Of a stretch of DNA of 64,000 bases, positions 10,116 through 20,375 are shown in pieces. Numbering within the stretch: the first letter of the stretch is position 1; every line of letters starts with the position of its first letter. The position numbers were made by a program, and so were the translations under genes. The notes under the pieces are model-generated. The model was not told where the DNA came from and ran no database searches. It saw nothing but the letters and a program-made list of their open reading frames with translations. The DNA comes from an uncultured cyanobacterium (GTDB taxonomy: Bacteria > Cyanobacteriota > Cyanobacteriia > Cyanobacteriales > Microcystaceae), in NCBI GenBank assembly GCA_963807635.1, contig CAWEDJ010000007.1, forward strand, positions 1 through 64,000. Reading direction: 5' to 3'.

Positions 10116-10670
10116 ATGTCTCAATTTGATGATGAAATGTTACCTGAATACGATTTTAGTCAATTAGGGCAACCAGTACGCGGTAAACACGCGAAAGCCA
10201 TGCGCCAAGGTTACTCTGTTACTATTCATCACCCCGACGGAACAATTACCCATCGTGAAGTTTCCCCCCAGGATGCAAACTCGAATGCTCCCATTTATTA
10301 CGGCGATCGCGTTAATGGGGATAAAATAATGGGCGATAAAGTAATGGGTGATAAAATCGGCACTCAAATTAACAACGCCAACACCGCCGAACTATTACAA
10401 CTGATTGCGAATCTACGCCAGACTGCCGCCCAATTTCCTAGCGAGCTTCAAGCAGGCGTAATGGTCAATCTAGAAGACGTTGAAACAGAAATCCAAAAAC
10501 CCGAAAGTCAACGCAATCTTCCTAAACTCAAAATGCGATTAATTGCCCTATTTACCTCCGCTTCATTGATGGGAGGCGCGATCGCCAATATTACCGACTT
10601 CACCAATAACATTACCGACCTTGCCACCAAAGCAGGCATCGAACTCAAACTTCCTACTACTTTCCCCTAA
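10116..10670 (+). CDS. Apparently chimeric hypothetical protein (antitoxin-like N-terminus, GDK repeats, helical C-terminal domain)
   Basis: DEMLPEYDFS...VRGKH N-terminus; HIP1 at 10303-10310; GDRVNGDKIMGDKVMGDKIG. Confidence 0.55.
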   Translation: MSQFDDEMLPEYDFSQLGQPVRGKHAKAMRQGYSVTIHHPDGTITHREVSPQDANSNAPIYYGDRVNGDKIMGDKVMGDKIGTQINNANTAELLQLIANLRQTAAQFPSELQAGVMVNLEDVETEIQKPESQRNLPKLKMRLIALFTSASLMGGAIANITDFTNNITDLATKAGIELKLPTTFP

Positions 10671-10809
10671 AAATTCCCCAACAATTTATCTTACTGAAGT
10701 TTCTCGGATCTTTCTCGACTCCCTAAAATCGCGATCGCCACAAAGAAAGAGGGATAACGCAAGATTTGTGCGATCGCCCCCTTCATTTTCTTCAATCAAT
10801 AATTTAAAA

Positions 10810-11640
10810 TTAAGCCGCTTGACGAATTTGATAATGCTGTTCAGGCACAGGATAACCCGCTTCACCAAAGGATTCTCGGATAACCTTATTCGTATCAAAA
10901 TAGACTTGCCAATAGTCCTTTGTGTGACAATAGGGACGCACTGCCAACACAGGGCCAGAGAGATTAAATTCCAAAATCTCTACTTCAGGAGCAGGCTCGG
11001 CCATGACATTGGGAATACTCCTTAATCGTTCTTTTAATAGTTGAATTGCGGCGGCGGTATCAACAGAATGATTTAATTGGCCAACCAAATCAACTCTTCG
11101 ATAGGCATTAGCAGAAAAATTCTGAATATTGTCAGCAAAGATTTTATTATTGCCAATAATTGTCCGAACATTATCAGGAGTATTTAAGGTTGTGACAAAT
11201 AAGCCAATTTCTTCGACCGTTCCCGTCACCCCCCCTGCGGTAATAAAATCGCCGACATTAAAGGGACGGAACATCACGAGAAAAGCACCTGCGGCAAAAT
11301 TGGCCAAAAGACCACTCCAGGCAGCTCCGATCGCAATACCACCTGCGGCTAATAGGGCGGCAAAAGAGGTTGTTTCAATGCCAAAGAAACCCAGAATGGC
11401 GACAATGAGAATAATTTGTAAAGTGACAGAGACAACATTGGTGATGTAGGTGACAATGGTAATGTCCATGCTCTGACGTTTCAGACTTTTGGACAATAAT
11501 TTGACCGCAAAATTAATTAACCAACGCCCGACTAACCATAATAAAATTGCCCCAATAACCTTAGCACCCAGAGCCGTAATCGCTTGTAGGGCAAAAATTA
11601 CGAAGGGATTAATTTGGGCCGCTGCATCAGCAGGATTCAT
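10810..11640 (-). CDS. mscS: Small-conductance mechanosensitive channel
   Basis: 3 TM helices; RPFNVGDFI and GTVEEIGLFVT motifs. Confidence 0.9.
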   Translation of the reverse strand: MNPADAAAQINPFVIFALQAITALGAKVIGAILLWLVGRWLINFAVKLLSKSLKRQSMDITIVTYITNVVSVTLQIILIVAILGFFGIETTSFAALLAAGGIAIGAAWSGLLANFAAGAFLVMFRPFNVGDFITAGGVTGTVEEIGLFVTTLNTPDNVRTIIGNNKIFADNIQNFSANAYRRVDLVGQLNHSVDTAAAIQLLKERLRSIPNVMAEPAPEVEILEFNLSGPVLAVRPYCHTKDYWQVYFDTNKVIRESFGEAGYPVPEQHYQIRQAA

Positions 11641-11732
11641 AGAAATACTCCTTAAGTCATCTATTTAAACGCTTTAAGAGTATCATAGTTTGAGAATTAG
11701 ATTATTAAATTTTTGTCATCAAATATTCTTAT

Positions 11733-12841
11733 TTATTCCGATATTATTTCTGACTGAAAAAGACTGAGTTGATCCATTAAAAGAGATTTTGGTGGCACTA
11801 ATCCCAGATGTTCGTAGGCCGCCGCCGATGCCATTCTTCCCCTTGGAGTACGATTGAGATAACCAATTTGCAATAGATAGGGTTCATAAACTTCTTCAAT
11901 GGTTTTACTATCTTCTCCCGTGGCCGCGGCGATCGCTTCTAATCCCACTGGCCCGCCCTGAAATTGATGAATTAAGGTACTCAATACCAATCGATCCGTC
12001 CAATCCAAACCCCGTTGATCCACTTGATATAAATTCAGAGCTTCAGCCGCTAGTTCGGCGGTAATTTCAGGTTGTTTTTTGACCTGGGTATAATCCCTCA
12101 CCCGTTTGAGTAACCGATTGGCAATGCGCGGTGTTCCCCTGGCTCGACGGGCAATTTCTTCCGCTCCTCCTTGGTTAATGGGAGTCGTCAAAATTTGAGC
12201 CGTCCGCAACACAATCAGAGTCAATTCATCTATTTCATAAAATCGCAATCGCTGAATTAAGCCAAAGCGATCGCGGAGAGGAGAGGTTAAAGCTCCTACT
12301 TTCGTTGTTGCACCAATCAAGGTGAATTTATTTAACGATAAACTGCGAATCGTGGCACTTTTCCCCTTGCCCATCGTGATATCCAAGCGATAATCTTCCA
12401 TCGCAGGATAGAGTAATTCTTCCGTGAGGCGATTTAAACGGTGAATTTCGTCAATAAAGAGAATATCCCCTGGTTGTAAGCCAATTAATAGCCCCGTGAT
12501 ATCCCTAGGACGCTCTAGGGCAGGAGCCGCCGTAATTTTACATTTAACGCCCATTTCCGTCGCTAAAATCAGAGAAAGAGTCGTTTTCCCCAAACCAGGT
12601 CACCATAGAGCAATAAATGATCAATAGGCTCTTGACGATTTTGAGCCGCTTGAATGGCAATTTTCAGAACTTCCTTCAGATCTTTCTGCCCGATATATTC
12701 ATCTAGGGTTTGGGGACGAATGGTTTCTTCATTATTCCCAACTTCTTCAGGCGTGACGGCCGGTTTTAAAAGGGTTTCTTCTGTTGTAGGAGTTGCTTTA
12801 TCGGGTTCATTAGAGGACGGAGTTGAACGTTTAATCGCCAT
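11733..12841 (-). CDS. ruvB: Holliday junction branch migration helicase, apparent frameshift near 12600 in Walker A
   Basis: [32 protein letters not shown]. Confidence 0.95.
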
Positions 12842-13061
12842 AGTGTAGCTAGGCCAGAGATAATAACTTTATCGCCAATTTTTTTTAATTCTTAGTTTAT
12901 AAAAAAAGGTGACATCTTTGACCCAGTGTAACTGATTTTCCGGCGATAAATATTGAGTCCGTTATGAAAACTCAACTGAGTTCATCAATTAAAGCGATCG
13001 CTGTCTTTTGTACTTAATATTAAATTCGCTTTAAGGTTAGGAATCAAGCAAAAAATTCAGT

Positions 13062-13667
13062 TTATTTCTCCTTTCTTTCACTATAACGATCTGTTAAGTA
13101 ATCTACGTGATCTCGCAATAAAATCGTGAATTTGTAAAGTTCTTCCATCACATCTATGACGCGATCGCGGTAAGCAGATTCTTTCATCGTTCCGTCTTCA
13201 TGAAATTCTTGATAGGCTTTGGCAATAGAAGATTGATTCGGGATAGTAAACATCCGCATCCAACGACCTAAAATTCGCAGAGTATTCACCGCATTAAAAG
13301 ACTGAGAACCGCCGCTAACCTGCATAACCGCCAACGTTCTACCCTGGGTCGGTCGAACTGCTCCAATATTCAGAGGAATCCAATCAATTTGGTTTTTCAT
13401 AATACCGCTAATGTTGCCATGCAGTTCAGGCGATGACCAGACTTGTCCCTCTGACCATTGACTCAATTCCCGTAATTCCTGGACTTTTGGGTGAGTATCG
13501 GGAACACTGCCATAGATCGGCAACTCACGGGGATCAAAAAAGCGAGTTTCTGCCCCAAATCCTTCCATAATACGGGCGGCTTCTTCGGCGGCTAGGCGAC
13601 TGTAGGAACGCTCCCTCAAAGAGCCATACAAGAATAAAATACGCGGTGGATGGTCAAATTTAGTCAT
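13062..13667 (-). CDS. arsH: Arsenical resistance flavoprotein
   Basis: [33 protein letters not shown]. Confidence 0.95.
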   Translation of the reverse strand: MTKFDHPPRILFLYGSLRERSYSRLAAEEAARIMEGFGAETRFFDPRELPIYGSVPDTHPKVQELRELSQWSEGQVWSSPELHGNISGIMKNQIDWIPLNIGAVRPTQGRTLAVMQVSGGSQSFNAVNTLRILGRWMRMFTIPNQSSIAKAYQEFHEDGTMKESAYRDRVIDVMEELYKFTILLRDHVDYLTDRYSERKEK

Positions 13668-13675
13668 AAATTTTC

Positions 13676-14067
13676 CTAAATACAAGAATTAATCAGTTGC
13701 GTAACCTTTTCTTTAATTTCGTCTCGTACCCTCGGAAAAATTTCGGGTTGTTCGGCGGGATCATCTAATTGCCAATCTTCAAATTTCTCCCTTAAAAGCC
13801 ATTCTTCGGGTAAATTTACCCCACAACCACAAAGGGAAATCACCACATCAAAATCCTCTGCCTGGAATTCACCCAACGCTTTAGAGGTTTGCTCGGTAAT
13901 ATCAATACCAATCTCTTTCATGGTGGCGATCGCTTCTGGACGAACTTGGCTGGCTTCTAATCCAGAACTGGTGACTTCGATCTGGCCTTTTCCAGGGTTT
14001 TCGCAAAGCCTTCCGCCATTTGGGAACGGGCAGAATTTTTTTTACAAACAAACATGACTTTTTTCAT
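13676..14067 (-). CDS. arsC: Arsenate reductase (LMW-PTP fold, cyanobacterial type), apparent frameshift near 13991
   Basis: [20 protein letters not shown] at 14067 joins ISLCGCG...DWQLDDP. Confidence 0.9.
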
Positions 14068-14168
14068 GATTTTTATGAAGATAAAGTGAATTAAATCCGC
14101 ACCATCAGCCATTAATTACTGATTTTTTTGTTCTCTGGAAATTGGAACAATAGATTTATTGCCTATAA

Positions 14169-14192
14169 TGGGCGAACGCAATTCGCCCCTAC
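14169..14192 (-). repeat. GTAG-type REP-like palindrome
   Basis: TGTAGGGGCGAATTGCGTTCGCCC hairpin. Confidence 0.6.
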
Positions 14193-14213
14193 AATCTTCC
14201 CCAAAATTTGCGT

Positions 14214-14936
14214 TTACAACCATTGTTCTTTTCCTTGAAAATCTCGAAAATCATTAGATAAAACTCGATAAACAATCACGGCTAATTGGGCTCCAACAAT
14301 GGGCGCGATCCAGTAAATCCAATGGGATTCCCAGACTCCACTCACCAAGGCTGGCCCCAAGGAACGGGCGGGATTCATGCTTGCGCCTGTAATTGGCCCC
14401 ATAAAAGCCGCTTCCAGGGCAACGGTTAAACCAATCGCTAGACCAGCAAAACCCAATGGTGCGCGTCGGTCTAAGCCTGAGCCTAAAATAACTAACATGA
14501 GAATAAAGGTTAAAATTACCTCTAAAACCAAGGATTGTAGCCAATTTCCCCCTAAAGGAATCGTTGCGCCCAAATTCCCTACTTTGCCCAAGGAAAGTAA
14601 CAGCGTCAGAGAAGCCGCGATCGCACCCAAGCATTGAGCCAAAATATAGGGAAAAACTCGATTTCTGGGAAAAAAGCCACTCGACCAAAAAGCGAGGGTG
14701 ACAGCAGGATTAAAATGAGCTTGACTAATATGGCCTAGTCCGTAAATCAAAGCAGTGACGACCGCCCCAAACACAAAACTAATCCCTAAATGGGTAATCG
14801 CTCCCCCACTAATTTCCTGGGTCATAATGGCTCCCGTTCCTGCAAAAACTAGGATAAAAGTTCCCAAAGCTTCTGCTAGGATTTCTCTAAATTGCTGTCT
14901 GAAAACCTCGAAGGTTCGTTGGGTTATGCTAGACAC
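14214..14936 (-). CDS. MIP/aquaglyceroporin in ars operon (AqpS-like)
   Basis: Two NPA boxes (HFNPAVT, SMNPARS); 6 TM. Confidence 0.9.
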   Translation of the reverse strand: MSSITQRTFEVFRQQFREILAEALGTFILVFAGTGAIMTQEISGGAITHLGISFVFGAVVTALIYGLGHISQAHFNPAVTLAFWSSGFFPRNRVFPYILAQCLGAIAASLTLLLSLGKVGNLGATIPLGGNWLQSLVLEVILTFILMLVILGSGLDRRAPLGFAGLAIGLTVALEAAFMGPITGASMNPARSLGPALVSGVWESHWIYWIAPIVGAQLAVIVYRVLSNDFRDFQGKEQWL

Positions 14937-14971
14937 AAACTAATAAAGCAAATTTTTTCTTTCCTTATTAT

Positions 14972-14994
14972 TTCAAAAAAAATTGATTTGTCAA
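14972..14994 (-). promoter_or_regulatory. ArsR operator (ATCAA-N6-TTGAA) next to TTGACA -35 box
   Basis: Minus strand TTGACAAATCAATTTTTTTTGAAA resembles the Synechocystis ars operator ATCAA-N6-TTGAT. Confidence 0.65.
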
Positions 14995-15042
14995 GAGGGT
15001 ATGGTGTGCAAAAAGAAAAACACTCCTTAAAAAATTGATGGG

Positions 15043-15375
15043 CTAATTTGGCTCTGGACAAGAGCGAGCAGGTAAAACGGGGCTAAATCGACGATATTCT
15101 GCAAGATATTCTTCTAGAGCCAAAAATTGAGCGAGATTAAGACTATAGTAAATCCAGCGACCTTGTTGGCGAGAACGAAGGAAACCCGCGTCTTTCAGGG
15201 TTTTTAGGTGAAAAGATAACTTAGATTGGGACGTTTCTAGCTGTTCACACAATTCACAAACGCATAATTCTTGCGATCGCAGTAGTTCTATCACCCGAAT
15301 CCGTAGGGGATCGGACAGAGCATGGAAACCAGCAATAATTTCGATAGATGGATTAGATAAAATTGTTTTCATCAA
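15043..15375 (-). CDS. arsR: ArsR/SmtB repressor
   Basis: ELCVCEL metal-binding box; SFHLKTL. Confidence 0.9.
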   Translation of the reverse strand: MMKTILSNPSIEIIAGFHALSDPLRIRVIELLRSQELCVCELCEQLETSQSKLSFHLKTLKDAGFLRSRQQGRWIYYSLNLAQFLALEEYLAEYRRFSPVLPARSCPEPN

Positions 15376-15420
15376 ATAAAGTTGAAGTATTGAAGTAAGA
15401 GATGATTCTCAAGGTAATCC

Positions 15421-16191
15421 TTATCTGAAGTTTTGGGAAGTTGGCTCCCAACGCCTATTGCTATAGGGCCATAAAAAAACATTGAAACGTCGTCCTTCTA
15501 ATTTTTCCCTATATTGGAAAGTATTTTTTTCTGACAAACTAACCACCGCATTCAGGCGATCGGCTAAACTTAAGCAACTCTGAAAGGTCTGGGGAGTGTA
15601 ACATTGAATATCAAGCTGATTACATCCATATTTTGGGACTAAAGAGGATTGGAAGGGCTGAATACTACAAAAAATCGACTTTTTATACTGGAGCATGAGA
15701 GCCTGAAAATCCCTGGGGGAATAATGGGCAAAAAAATGGTCATCCACTTGAATCCCATCCCCATAACGGGCCGCTTGAATAATTTCTGCCACGCTTAGGG
15801 AGCGATATTGGGGAGATTGAACCCAGATAACAGGGATGAGCTTTTGTTCTCTGGCTTTTGCTGTGACTATCTGTTGTAATTCCTCAGACACTCCCCTAAA
15901 ATCCAGAAACACAACTCGATACTGCTGCTCTTTGATCTCTCTCATCAATTGGCTTAGGGCGTTATTAGAGGAATAAAATCGAATTTGCGGTTTCGATAGC
16001 CAGGTTCCATTGGGGACTCCTGCGATCGCGGCTGTTGAATAGAATAAGAGAGCCAAAAGAGAGGTGGTCAGAATGGTGGAAATTTTTCTTTTTTGAGTAA
16101 AGCCAAAATGGTAGATACACTTGAGAAGAAAGCGATCACCTTTCAGTTTCCTAATTTCTATTGGGTTTCTCATTTTTATTTTGATGGGCAA
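15421..16191 (-). CDS. Hypothetical, probably exported protein
   Basis: Long ORF with signal-like segment LLALLFYSTAAIA; start uncertain. Confidence 0.6.
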   Translation of the reverse strand: MPIKIKMRNPIEIRKLKGDRFLLKCIYHFGFTQKRKISTILTTSLLALLFYSTAAIAGVPNGTWLSKPQIRFYSSNNALSQLMREIKEQQYRVVFLDFRGVSEELQQIVTAKAREQKLIPVIWVQSPQYRSLSVAEIIQAARYGDGIQVDDHFFAHYSPRDFQALMLQYKKSIFCSIQPFQSSLVPKYGCNQLDIQCYTPQTFQSCLSLADRLNAVVSLSEKNTFQYREKLEGRRFNVFLWPYSNRRWEPTSQNFR

Positions 16192-16281
16192 GGGTCTATT
16201 CCCAGTATATTGATTTGAGCTTAATTAGGGAATAAAATCAGAAAACTTAGAAGTTTTAGCGTTTTATCACTTAAGTTTTTA

Positions 16282-16348
16282 GCCCCCCCCCGCCCGCCAA
16301 CTTTGGGGGGAGCTTATAACCTTTCCGAGTTCAAAGTCCCCCAGAATT
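16282..16348. repeat. Cyanobacterial G/C-tract dispersed repeat pair
   Basis: CCCCCCCCGCCCGCCAACTTTGGGGGG ... CCCCCAGAATTGGGGGATTTAGGGGG. Confidence 0.6.
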
Positions 16349-16423
16349 GGGGGATTTAGGGGGCGATCTTCACTCACTACGGGTTTCAATTTAGACATGG
16401 TTTCCGTTGTGATCGCAGAATTT

Positions 16424-17592
16424 TCACATTACTTCTAAAATCCCTTGGGCAATGCCGACCGAACCCCCTGCCTGACCGACTCGTTCTATCCCGTTTTGTA
16501 AACAAGTTTCTAAATAATCGGGATTATCTAAAATTTCCCCGACAGTTTGGGCAATATCTTGGAATAAATTTAGATCATTCGGACTTTTTCCAATCGTTTT
16601 AACCGAGCTTCCCAATAATCGCATCTGAGCCTCTGCAAAGGCGTAGGTAAACTGTGGCCCTGCCCCTGGAATTTGCACAACGGGCTTGCCTAAACCAACT
16701 GCTTGCTCAACCGCCGTTCCTGCCATCCCGATCGCGAGATCGCATTGTTGTAAAATATCGGCAAAAGCATCCCAATAACAGATAACCCTGAGATTTTGGA
16801 CAGGATTAACTAGTTTTCCTGATCCGTGATAATGCCAACCCATTTTTTGCGCCAAAGCTTGTAAATTCTCCTCGGTAATACTAGGAACTAGGGCCGCTCG
16901 AAATTGCACTGGACGTTCTCAGGCGATCGCCTCACAGGCATTGAGTTGCAGTTGGAGATTGTGAATTGCTTCGGGTAAACGGCTACCTGGCAAGAGTGCG
17001 ATCATTGGGAGATTCGGTTCAAGTTTGAGATCATAATGGCTAGATTGCAAAACATCCATAATAGGATAACCCGCAAAAATCGCTTTTTTTATGCCCCTCT
17101 GTTGTAAATCTTCGGCAGTAAATTGATCTCTCGTGAAAACTCGTTGACAACGCGGCGATCGCAAACAAAACTCCGTAATCCAGGGTAATCGTAATTTTCC
17201 CTCGTAATAACTAGAAGTTGAAACAATGAACGCAACAAAGGGCCGACCCGTTAGATAGGCGATCGCAATCGGGACGATATCTCCAACGGCAATGAGTAGA
17301 TCACAACTTGTTTTTTCTTGCGAAACCGCTTTAATTTGCTGTAAAGTTAAGCCAATTAAACCAGACGTAATATCTTTGACCCAATTCCAAGGATTGAGAT
17401 AAATAATTCCCCCAGAAGGTAAATTTTGGGTAGGGCAATGATTTCAACTTGCAAACGACGGTAAGCATTCCCCATTCCCACCAAGGGCATGGCCCCAATT
17501 TGGAGAAACGGTTCTAGCGATCGCAAAGCTCCCAAAATCAAGCTGGCGTTTAAATCCTCTCCGTGACCATTACTCAAAAATAAAACTTTCAC
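16424..17592 (-). CDS. Lipid-A-disaccharide synthase-related protein, two apparent frameshifts
   Basis: LSNGHGED, ALLPGSRLPEA and MAGTAVEQ motifs spread across three ORFs. Confidence 0.85.
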
Positions 17593-17611
17593 ATTAATAA
17601 CGTATCAACCC

Positions 17612-18287
17612 TTAACGAGAAGTAGGCGGTAAATTGCGGCAATTGGCCTTGAGTTGTTCTAACTCAGATTGGATAACGCGATCGCCCTCAATGGCATTAA
17701 ATTGTTGTTCTAGGGGATCACGATACTGGGTTAATAGCTCATTTTCAGACTCTAATTCCAGAATTTTGGACTCCATACGTTCAAATACACTACTAGCACT
17801 GCCATCATTCCAATTACCCACAATTTCTTGTAATTTCTGAGTCGCAACCGCCGAACGCAGTCGGGCCAAATAGAGGCTTTTTTTCGCCCGAACTTCCCCG
17901 TATTTCCGCTCTAGGGTCTGTAATTCTTGCTTAACCTGTTGAATAATCTGGGAATGTTCCGTAAGATGGGTTTCAATTCCCTGGGCATTACCCAGATAGG
18001 ATTGTCGATTCACCAGGGCCTCTTTGGCTAAGGCTTCATTCCCCTTTATCGATCGCTAATTGGGCGCGTTCGTACCATTTTTGGGCATTAAGCTGGTGAG
18101 CCGATTTTTGTCTCTCCATACTTTTATGGGTTGCGATCGCTTCAGCCAAGGCGCGGCGCATCTCAATTAGTTCTAGTTCCATCTGCGCGGTCATCTCTTC
18201 CAGCAATTTCTCTGGATCTTGCGCTTCATTTCCTAGACTATTAATTTGAGCGCGAATCACTCGTCCGATTCGATCTAGCAAACCCAT
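17612..18287 (-). CDS. PspA/IM30 family protein, apparent frameshift near 18040
   Basis: MGLLDRIGRVIRAQIN...DPEKLLE; coiled coil; extra G in a GGGG run. Confidence 0.85.
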
Positions 18288-18302
18288 CGACGTTACCCAT
18301 TG

Positions 18303-19502
18303 TTATTCTGGTTGATTCAGTTGTTGGAGTTCTTGGATCAGGCTATTTGTCTTTGTAGAATCCAGATCCGACGTTGCCGCTCCCCCCTGACTTTGATTGT
18401 AAAGGTTCTGTAGTTTTTTGCGCGTTTTTTGATTAAATCCTTCCGCCGTAGTCGGAGACGTATTCATTTCCATTCTTACTTCCTGGCTGGTGATTTGACG
18501 GGATATTTGCTCTGATGCACTTAAATTAGGGGGAAGATTAGGAGCAGTGACAGGAGATGGATTATTAGAAAGCGGAGGAGCCGTCGGTGTTTGAATCAGC
18601 GCAGTGGGTGGGGGCGGTGGTGGTGGCAAAGGAATAGATGACAGAGAGCGGGGAGCGGTATAGGAAGGATTTACTGCAACGCTCGGGATGGAACGAGTGG
18701 GGGGATTAACAACGGTAAATTTGGGGGTAATCCTACGGGGGGGCGATTGAGTAGGAACAGAGGCGATCGCTTCTACCGAGCTAGGGGCATAGGGTATTTG
18801 CAGTTGTAAAGAGGGAGGCAACAGGGCATCGGTCAGGGTGTTATTCGAGAGGGGGGGAACAGACACTTGAGCGGGGATGGTTGCAGGAATCGCCGAGGAA
18901 GGAGCAGGAAGATTGGCGATCGCGGGTTGAGACTTGATGTTTTCGGGCGGTAAATGGCTTAAAGATTCTAAACCTAAGTTTTCGGAGCTAGATTTGGACA
19001 AATTGAGGAGGTGGGGATAATCTTTGCCCAGGGGATCAAGATTGGGTAAGGATTGAGAAGCGATCGCGGGAGTATTCGGCACAGCAGAAAATTGTGACCA
19101 GGTTAAAAGCCCATTAGCGACTAAAAAACAACCTAAAGCACCCACACCCCAGGGCGTCAGTAATCGCTCTAATCCGTTCTTTGTCTGGGGAGCGAGGCGA
19201 TTGGGCCTAGCTTTTTTGGTGAAAACGCGGTCAAAAATAATGGTGTCAGTCGCATGAAGCACGTTATCCTGAAACTTAAATTCTTCATGCCAAGGAACCT
19301 TGACTAACTCCCCTTCTTCCGTTTCTCGGTCAGCCGAGTCTTGCTCAGATTCTGATTCGATAAAATCCACTGATAGATAGTGATCATTGTCAGATTGGGG
19401 ATTGGAGGCGATTTTTTCCATATTCTCGATCATATTACGGTTATTGGTCAATATGAGTTTTATAAAGTAGATTAAAGAGTGTATTAATGCTTTTGGTAAC
19501 AA
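18303..19502 (-). CDS. Single-TM Pro/Ser-rich hypothetical protein
   Basis: LLTPWG + TM followed by poly-Pro; start uncertain. Confidence 0.65.
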   Translation of the reverse strand: MLPKALIHSLIYFIKLILTNNRNMIENMEKIASNPQSDNDHYLSVDFIESESEQDSADRETEEGELVKVPWHEEFKFQDNVLHATDTIIFDRVFTKKARPNRLAPQTKNGLERLLTPWGVGALGCFLVANGLLTWSQFSAVPNTPAIASQSLPNLDPLGKDYPHLLNLSKSSSENLGLESLSHLPPENIKSQPAIANLPAPSSAIPATIPAQVSVPPLSNNTLTDALLPPSLQLQIPYAPSSVEAIASVPTQSPPRRITPKFTVVNPPTRSIPSVAVNPSYTAPRSLSSIPLPPPPPPPTALIQTPTAPPLSNNPSPVTAPNLPPNLSASEQISRQITSQEVRMEMNTSPTTAEGFNQKTRKKLQNLYNQSQGGAATSDLDSTKTNSLIQELQQLNQPE

Positions 19503-19631
19503 ACAAGGGGAATAAGCTTCCTTTGACAGTTATAACCTAATTAAGCGATTTCTATAAGTAGATAGATGTTAAAAATTAAAAATTTTTCTAATGTTCTGCC
19601 TTGCCATACTTAGGTACCCATGAAAATAGAG

Positions 19632-19699
19632 GCGATCGCAAATCATTGGATCGACCACAAAGGTTCCCGCCCTGAAAAAATCATTCCAACCGCGATCGC
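19632..19699. repeat. Degenerate 68-bp copy of ileS 3' segment bounded by two HIP1 sites
   Basis: 55/68 identical (hand count, ungapped) to 21625-21692. Confidence 0.85.
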
Positions 19700-19763
19700 C
19701 CAGAATCTATTAAATGATAATAAACTTTTGTTGTGCTTATCTTTTTTTGATTTAGCTTATCCT

Positions 19764-20261
19764 TCATAAAGATTTAAGTTCACTCTCAATAACCTTTAAT
19801 AATTCATAAATTTGCGAAAAATTGTTTTTAGTTATAGATGGAGCATCATAGAGAACAGTGATCCCTTTAAGATGGGTATGTGCGGCTTTATTCCTTTTTT
19901 CTATCAGGTTATTCAGTAATCTTATGTAATAATCTAATACTATGCGTCGCTTTAATCTTCTTTCTAATTTCTCTACAGACACTATACCAATACTATCAAG
20001 CAACATTTTACGGAAATGACTTTCATAAGAAAAGCCACTATTTTTCTTGATAATTTGCTTTAGATATTTTTTGTTTTTTTCATCTTTTAGCTTATGATTA
20101 ACATGGTGAAGAATAATATTATCCATACTTTGCTCAATCCAACCACATAGTTCTAAAAGGGCAAGTTTAGAATAGTAGATTGCTTTTTTTTGACTAGTCG
20201 ATGAGTTATAAAGTTTGTCAAGTTCTTCAAGGGTTTCCGTAATATAAGATTTGCTAATCAT
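19764..20261 (-). CDS. HEPN domain protein (putative RNase)
   Basis: RNKAAH = Rx4H motif; helical; low GC. Confidence 0.8.
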   Translation of the reverse strand: MISKSYITETLEELDKLYNSSTSQKKAIYYSKLALLELCGWIEQSMDNIILHHVNHKLKDEKNKKYLKQIIKKNSGFSYESHFRKMLLDSIGIVSVEKLERRLKRRIVLDYYIRLLNNLIEKRNKAAHTHLKGITVLYDAPSITKNNFSQIYELLKVIESELKSL

Positions 20262-20375
20262 GTATTGTGTAAAAAATAATTTTCAAATATATGATTAGTT
20301 AATTTATTATAATAAAAATACTAGCGTCAGTCATAATAAGATAAGTTAGGTGCTTATAATAAGGTAATAAAACTG

